A stretch of DNA of 17,937 bases from a virus (taxonomy: Duplodnaviria; Heunggongvirae; Uroviricota; Caudoviricetes): IMG/VR virus record IMGVR_UViG_3300044642_000188, one strand, 5' to 3'. Positions 15,501 through 17,937 of this stretch are shown here, piece after piece. The notes beneath the pieces are model-generated. The model saw only the letters and a program-made list of their open reading frames with translations. It searched no databases and was not told the origin of the DNA. Both the position numbers and the translations under genes were made by a program. Each line of letters begins with the position of its first letter. The stretch's first letter is position 1.

Positions 15501-17936
15501 CTTAGCATCTTCAGCAGAAACTACAGGAGCAGCAGTAACAGGAGCAACAATTGGTTGGGCTTCCATAGCTTCAATTTGCTCACGCATCTCTTTACGAGGA
15601 TCTTGTAAATAATCCCAATAGTCACGTTGCATTCTACCAGCAGCCTTCTCTATAAAGTAGTGTTTAATTACACCCATTAAAAGACCTTGACCAAGATTAT
15701 CAGTATCATGAGCTGCATACTGAGTAGCCCCTGAATCAGCTCCAGATAAAAAATGTCTTAGGGTTTCAGCTTCTCTTAGATTAAGACCTTCTATAGGTAT
15801 GATAGAGTTTTTAGTCACAATATCATAGCCATAATCACTTCCCTGTCCTAATCTTTCATCTCGATTAAAAGCATAGTTTGGATTATTTTTGAAGTTTCTT
15901 TCCCCATTTTCCTGAAAATAAGTAGTAAAATTATAACTCTCTTTAGTTTCAGGATTGTTGATATATATTTTTTCTGGACGACCATTTGGAGCAAATTCAA
16001 GAACCAAATTATTTAAAGATACAATTGGTATCTTCATATCCATTTCAATAGTCTTAGCTATTTTTTCACGTTGTTCAACTGTAAGCTTTGGATCTTGTAG
16101 CTGCTGTTTTTTAGTATCTAAATACTTCTGCACAGCAGGTATGTACTTTTCAAATCTTTTAGATTGGGCATCTAACAACTCCTGTGCTTTAGAAAGCATA
16201 TCTAAACTAGACTGTATAACAGGAGATATTAAAGCAGGTACAGCAACTGTAGGTTGTTCTTCTGTTTCTAAAGACTCTGTAGAAGTAACCACTGCAGGAG
16301 CAGCCTCTGTACCATAAGGAGTGGTTTGTGTAACTGTAGCAGCTGTTGTTACAACTGGAGCAGCAGCTTGTTGATTTTTTATAGCCTGTAAACGAGCACT
16401 AATGTTTAATGCTGCAAACTGTAGAATAGAATCTTCTACACTCTTTGTAGCATCAAACAATGGTTTACCATCAGTACCCATTGTATTCTTTAAAAAATCT
16501 AAATAAGGTTTAGCTTTCTCAGCATTTGCAGCAATTGCTTGTATCCTAGGATTAGAAATAACTTCAGCAACAACATTACCATCACTGTTAATTGTTGCTG
16601 TAAACTTAGTTTCACCTAGAGGTTCCTTTAGAGATATTGTATTTTCTGTTCCATTTACAAAGAACTCACCTAGCTTATCAGCAGATGGTGCTGCTTCAGC
16701 CACAGGAGCTGCTGCTGGGGCAGCCTGCTGTACAGGAAGATCTAATCCCTCAAGGATAGCATACTTCCTAACATAGTTGTAAGGAACTGCGTCTGTAGGT
16801 TTGTTTACATATGTAGATAGAGGAGTGTCTGTAATAGAACGGTTCTTACCATTAGGATACTTACTAGATAGTAAATATGATTGATAGTTAACCCACTCTC
16901 TGTTCTGTAGGAATCCATCTTCAAAGTATAACTCAATGAATGGTTCACTAGTCTTCTTTAAAGATTCATTGTTAACATTGTTAAATGTACCTTTTAGCTT
17001 GCTAACAATAGCAGCTTCATTACTAGCAATGTCAGCAAAGTTATATTTATCACCACCAATATACAGCTCCATAGATCTTTCATCTATATGTATTTGGTTA
17101 TCTTTAGTGTCCTTACCTTTTCTCCAATAGAGAACATTCTGTAAGAAGTCTGTATATAATCTATTAAGTTCAATAGTTTCACCCTTAGCATTCTGAGACT
17201 GCACTTCTTCTGACAATAATCTAATAGCTTCAAAGATGCTCTTAGCCTCATCGTTTGTAAAGGTTCTGTTATCTACGTATTGTAATGTATCACCATATTG
17301 TAACACAGGTCTACCTACAGGGAACTTTAAGTTCTCTCCATTGTAAGCAAGTGTTCCAGTGGTAGAAATAACAATTAAGTTCTCTTGAGTAGCAATCTTC
17401 TTCTGAGGAACAAGATTATCTCCTACAAACTTTCTTTCATTTCTATCAGTAATAGGCACACCCTTAGATACACCAAAATCATAAATTGTATAGGTTCCTG
17501 CAGGAGCTGCAAATAACTCAGCTCTTTTAACAGTCCATGCTCTAGACATTTCTTTTGCCTGAGCTTCTTCTTGTTTTCTAAAACGTGGATCTCCTTTACT
17601 ATTATATAATGCAGCAGTAGGCATTGTTGAGAACACTACAACATTCATATCAACAGGTTGACCCACCTCAGTAAGTTGTTTACCATCTTTGTCTACAAAG
17701 TAGTTCTTACCATTAGATTGAACTACATATACAGCAGCAACTAAACCATTCTCTACACTAGTATCTGTAGATCCAGATAACTCACCTAATCCTTTTAATC
17801 CTAGAGATTCTTCTTGATTAGGAGTTACAAGGATTATCTTCATGTTAGCCCTGTTACCAAAGTTTTTAACATTGTTTAAGAACTGTCTAGATCTAACCTG
17901 ATGTGGTTTAGCTAGTTGTTCCCAAGTTTCAGAAGC
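6567..17936 (-). CDS. Giant virion-packaged DNA-dependent RNA polymerase polyprotein of crAss-like phage type (partial at 5' end; at least 3789 aa)
   Basis: Catalytic motif GSDFDIDKL (D2287-D2291, 10971-10985) preceded by GFRIPTQ. Other crAss-RNAP-like blocks: ILFGDPYQF, LDKFSQMPL, FESGRKVG, GSQVTKL, GGPKVQVP, FVDVAKDPY. The frame is open from 17843 to the window edge (ASETWEQLAKPHQVRSRQFLNNVKNFGNRAN-MKIIL), so the real start probably lies outside. Confidence 0.92.
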   Translation of the reverse strand, partial: ASETWEQLAKPHQVRSRQFLNNVKNFGNRANMKIILVTPNQEESLGLKGLGELSGSTDTSVENGLVAAVYVVQSNGKNYFVDKDGKQLTEVGQPVDMNVVVFSTMPTAALYNSKGDPRFRKQEEAQAKEMSRAWTVKRAELFAAPAGTYTIYDFGVSKGVPITDRNERKFVGDNLVPQKKIATQENLIVISTTGTLAYNGENLKFPVGRPVLQYGDTLQYVDNRTFTNDEAKSIFEAIRLLSEEVQSQNAKGETIELNRLYTDFLQNVLYWRKGKDTKDNQIHIDERSMELYIGGDKYNFADIASNEAAIVSKLKGTFNNVNNESLKKTSEPFIELYFEDGFLQNREWVNYQSYLLSSKYPNGKNRSITDTPLSTYVNKPTDAVPYNYVRKYAILEGLDLPVQQAAPAAAPVAEAAPSADKLGEFFVNGTENTISLKEPLGETKFTATINSDGNVVAEVISNPRIQAIAANAEKAKPYLDFLKNTMGTDGKPLFDATKSVEDSILQFAALNISARLQAIKNQQAAAPVVTTAATVTQTTPYGTEAAPAVVTSTESLETEEQPTVAVPALISPVIQSSLDMLSKAQELLDAQSKRFEKYIPAVQKYLDTKKQQLQDPKLTVEQREKIAKTIEMDMKIPIVSLNNLVLEFAPNGRPEKIYINNPETKESYNFTTYFQENGERNFKNNPNYAFNRDERLGQGSDYGYDIVTKNSIIPIEGLNLREAETLRHFLSGADSGATQYAAHDTDNLGQGLLMGVIKHYFIEKAAGRMQRDYWDYLQDPRKEMREQIEAMEAQPIVAPVTAAPVVSAEDAKKKADTIYRLKMAISERENDIIPRLKEAIEELVKNREKLKLPSVLSNTSMIGPINEKIKEYEETLERTSKGVEELKELLAELEGPTAPKNFGNTKPPSNSEYRRVGANGVERINDAEIEIFKKWAAENVPGIPFEILDNIISTNDGEKAWGAFENGVAKFYKSAARGTEYHEVFEGIWKAFLTEEQRQAILDEFKSKPGTFTDRQSGKKIAYDQATDKQAKERIADDFADFKVGKLPARSIGERILNFFRNIIEFVKQFVNKPTQKQELFKAINAGKFKEMTVPESVKNDMSEYRAVEGLSEKQTHEFVQDITARSFQIMFGTNTSLYNPEKLTAPDIFNQVKSQYAEEGKLEMLGENAWNQLVNKTKEFLRTFKLEFDENQSISINDENVNKNDYAPEPFSTDWKKSSSFAIKLLIGTLTETTPSNQENASSMALPAQKLSDVMGYKLLNFTRSFATVLDKLANTTKVTSVVDKLIDLAKYDSNYVRLFTRVGGNRNNMVIDFSKFEAQDWRLFVNFYQTFTKQKPDALIQYVSGDEVYTGSANLYTAANSVKEGWIENMKALSKVEGSLISYDRGTKTYKVGDLTNVSNKTPEEMITFLGNLGIEFPMEVYSKLKTVQKNKFANAIGGLIVSLRGKNDILSVTGKVLDINGPLSLISELYVKVTNPNIDATYFNVENRRTNSFAENNAPSLFENLFNEANTLDELLEARPELKDIFSASSQVLKKGGLFFDEDGNRIRSIKVSYIQGTKLVDENDGTATSRLTEGERFTQEFNQNLNGNYYVLIPADGSTEWMMNLGNNVRFSAFENGTAWGKIYTTFKGYLKDEINLALTAASRTQLMNVGNKASELRFFNDILSKDTLASINNLIAKEASEEEINAFIEANIGDINKSIKDYIDGVSDVTFKTLAANGEIYVNTKGEYSYPKLDDVFAKAEKFNKFKLSEKKLKNIISFANANYIINNIEYHKILFGDPYQFKIKDNILDETKRVKSFLSGRRTTFDFPDYNTFLNQELNKAGEIELNEGDPGFQKFKPYTNTITLKDVKVLGRLLGETNEADAASYLMDGTYREVKNKNGQWSDEAEDWHQWQMAYTRNKMAAKGDYAYTNDSLRAQDEKTISKPEPKYVTEVLKPIVTGNKYGSTQFDLVLDKFSQMPLYYKAVEGTNLEKLYVKMMKEDIGYVIFESGRKVGTETLYSLYNGDGSLNDAGFDNKIQVPWSAYGIQVENSYEGSKQQTRGSQVTKLASLNLFNNGVATSPEAAKEYSRNKEILDRMHENGYNELLRKLGIEDLGDGFKLTNNVDVSKLLEYEMLRREMSDNAKDTVQLDENGQFRIPFEASNAYVQIRNILYSMVDKAITSPKMNGGPKVQVPVTGWEDAKAGRKIALKTKDGFKEISKVEYNNLSEEDKKKVRLTDDTLKFYTKDQPYCEVLLPHWFKVKFGKKFPNDEALLNYLNSTEEGRSILTGVGFRIPTQELSNIEVFRVKGFLPQFMGDTIVVPSEITTKAGSDFDIDKLNTYLKATYLDKNGDIRLVKYKGSEEATKEFYANVFDETLENKKIKKANLLEAAQILTYGLEDPNNLVDRYSNLLDALLEDVSDSTDFEDVIMKQLEKMGDATLQAELKDKFVRDMYKKSLENEYYDSLTKLLTLPENFERLISPIGDAGLKDLASKLDKLRGYDESTIKNRMLDRNYLTKLRHAFVTAKRWVGIAAVNITNHSLTQKISAYIDPSKFELVNEVDRKILGDGKVALPHNTVNVNGEERISLSSILDKAGKYISGKLSGYATAFVDVAKDPYILKIIGSDLAVGTFMYLERIGVPIETTAMFMNQPIVKEYLTYLDNTGARGLFNQKNIDAVKSKFVTTGTLISSAGVSVDTLEDNISEYYSKGELSEPKNAEQHVILNEFLKYAKMAEYLFNFGQAINYDTTKFRSGDALFKKETRTEVAEDINIISSVNELLDASFIGKQAELIASSMEAMGEIFKLEKDEFRVITNSILKSFAKDQYLSADDYDRIANKLKASFLDYIIQTKSGLNSEIKALLVDAGTSVASQLAEAKRNNPGLTILNDLQVVSSDRVDGAKSIKLLANNKDAYDENLYTGYMRELRDNSSTTELYKNIVKLSILQGTYQTGISIKNIIPIEDYSKIIAPVIAPLVSNDSLLSFAQGAFQRNNWKDEKIFGKVKPKFFLAQESPIAVDIYDNDIYQYFSPAFPNIKNLGIKSTDRKILLLSERYNAASLKYDFVKVPRVVEDPFTGTRVNMTNGENVTNSMFAIKKSKGDLSLKDIYGYQKVKYADGSPVIVYDDKGVGSHVYKLINLYGDGQLASEYYENNIPSVLNNGTVKIANEITDEEIIAHYGGQTQPKVVPLQSMDKTIQMQPANIEKIKAGTKTATIRSQRQADEIGIPVGQTQVRTIGGLPYNITNRGLLTIEEAGGKEKMLKDDGAKSENDLMYQQTKDWVNGKGRLYVYDIAPVTTETQPVIEFQEEPTSGYKNRTIKNASADATIAFAYNFNSAGEKLTKSSVLEQNKKYIPLAVPTKTETSDINKADITSQVNVIVDQLNSVNAKTLNIAGNGIYTMREAGWNQEEVDLMTYRILKGIVESPNLKNKIESIRTGGQTGFDEAGAKAGIKLGIPTTILAPKGWKFRNISGQDISNEQQFKARFGQVNETQSTKPQPVIDSSKKINIYAGTGENAELSNFANRPFTTADGVGFENVEGAFQAAKLLYSSVYNSPEFGLTPSFYDMLLKFQEYSGANAKELGGKIKGLNTKAWDANSSRIMKELMKASFEQNPSALKALLATGNAELTHTQESPKSKWRTEFPKLLMEVREELKPKPGLSAYVTLEQLEADKSFLNTAIEFVDEISTNKDVPVAMRNLNKGEKIQMVKDLMQKKFDDKAWTSPVTQADGSKATALPAEQFKSFNEFLTFALLHEKAHETISKVSGETIGQYEDRINAAALNNMPKPPAEFEGDLEGADNPNPCGQ
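6600..7004 (-). other. C-terminal zincin-like metallopeptidase domain (intact HExxH)
   Basis: FALLHEKAHET (H3706-H3710, 6714-6728) followed by YEDRINAAAL, which supplies a candidate third Zn ligand (Glu). Confidence 0.65.
7026..7476 (-). other. NADAR (YbiA-like) domain
   Basis: INIY...LSNF...DG...VEGAFQAAK...AKELG...W...IMKELMKASFEQNPSALKALLATGNAELTH...LLMEVREEL, collinear with E. coli YbiA as recalled (INFY...FSNF...DG...SEHYFQAQK...KFEQH...LLLAT...LLMELREQL). Confidence 0.85.
7483..8089. repeat. Exact 16-bp direct repeat TCTATAACTGGTTGAG flanking the SLOG domain
   Basis: Copies at 7483-7498 and 8074-8089; offset 591 nt (197 codons, in frame); both encode QPVI linkers. Confidence 0.85.
7530..8070 (-). 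other. YpsA-like SLOG domain (permuted motif order)
   Basis: YKNRTIKNASADATIAF (R3269), LNIAGN (7800-7814) and IRTGGQTGFDEAGAKAGIKLGIPTTILAPKG (7662-7679 for TGGQTG): motifs of the cpYpsA / former 'putative MoCo carrier' SLOG family. Confidence 0.75.
8101..8406 (-). other. ASCH/PUA-like domain
   Basis: IQMQPANIEKIKAGTKTATIR (GTKTATIR 8337-8360) matches the ASCH signature GxKxx(T/E)xR with its preceding strand-helix; ends in a YVYDI strand; about 100 aa. Confidence 0.7.
9700..13200 (-). other. Double-psi beta-barrel RNAP catalytic core region (approximate limits)
   Basis: Spans from YYVLIPADGS to AINYDTTK and includes RIPTQ (RIP at 11094-11102) and DFDID (10971-10985). A DxDxD-bearing core is established for two-barrel polymerases. 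Confidence 0.75.
14800..15150 (-). other. N-terminal zincin-like domain of the RNAP protein with altered HExxE motif
   Basis: AWGAFENGVAKFYKSAARGTEYHEVFEGIW (H951-E955, 14979-14993), then ERIADDF. A zincin-like domain ahead of the RNAP core is known in crAss-like polymerases. Confidence 0.7.
15205..16730 (-). other. Ala/Pro/Thr-rich linkers separating unidentified inserted segments in the RNAP N-terminal region
   Basis: QQAAPAAAPVAEAAPS (~16680-16730), QQAAAPVVTTAATVTQTTP...EAAPAVVT (~16239-16373), AQPIVAPVTAAPVVSAE (~15510-15560), GPTAPKNFGNTKPPSNS (~15205-15255). Confidence 0.6.
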
Positions 17937-17937
17937 A

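Noticed and set aside
6763-17130. Nine short plus-strand ORFs opposite the RNAP gene
   Set aside because: Same antisense artefact; all lie entirely within a well-supported CDS.
17841-17843. ATG of MKIIL as the true RNAP start
   Set aside because: The frame stays open and protein-like for 31 more codons to the window edge; no intergenic or initiation signature.
1609-17936. Stop-codon reassignment, intron or intein as seen in some crAss-like phages
   Set aside because: Both giant ORFs are continuous in the standard code and end in TAA, which gives no sign of recoding though cannot formally exclude it; no intein terminal motifs or homing-endonuclease motifs recognised.

Overview
The window is part of the virion-protein region of a crAss-like (Crassvirales-type) phage, probably infecting a Bacteroidota host. 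All three real genes lie on the minus strand and read in the standard genetic code. (1) A giant virion RNA polymerase polyprotein (6567 to beyond the right edge, at least 3789 aa; the frame stays open upstream of the ORF-track Met). It has the crAss-type catalytic motif GSDFDIDKL, an N-terminal zincin-like domain with an altered motif (HEVFE), and a C-terminal string of accessory domains: ASCH, permuted YpsA-like SLOG, NADAR and an intact HExxH zincin. Related, in-frame DNA microhomologies mark the junctions of that string. (2) A 1647-aa putative ejection/cargo protein with a degenerate zincin motif (EEAMH), a PD-(D/E)xK nuclease domain and a C-terminal hydrophobic helix. (3) A tail-fibre-like gene missed by the ORF track (starts at 1470, runs off the left edge, at least 490 aa). 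Between genes 2 and 3, a Bacteroidota-type promoter overlaps a terminator-like hairpin. The best candidate for an undescribed system is the cassette-like ASCH-SLOG-NADAR-peptidase tail on the injected RNA polymerase, which may be a swappable counter-defence toolkit. Domain calls come from motif recognition by eye, not database searches. Amino-acid numbers for the RNAP protein follow the ORF track (Met at 17843 = 1).
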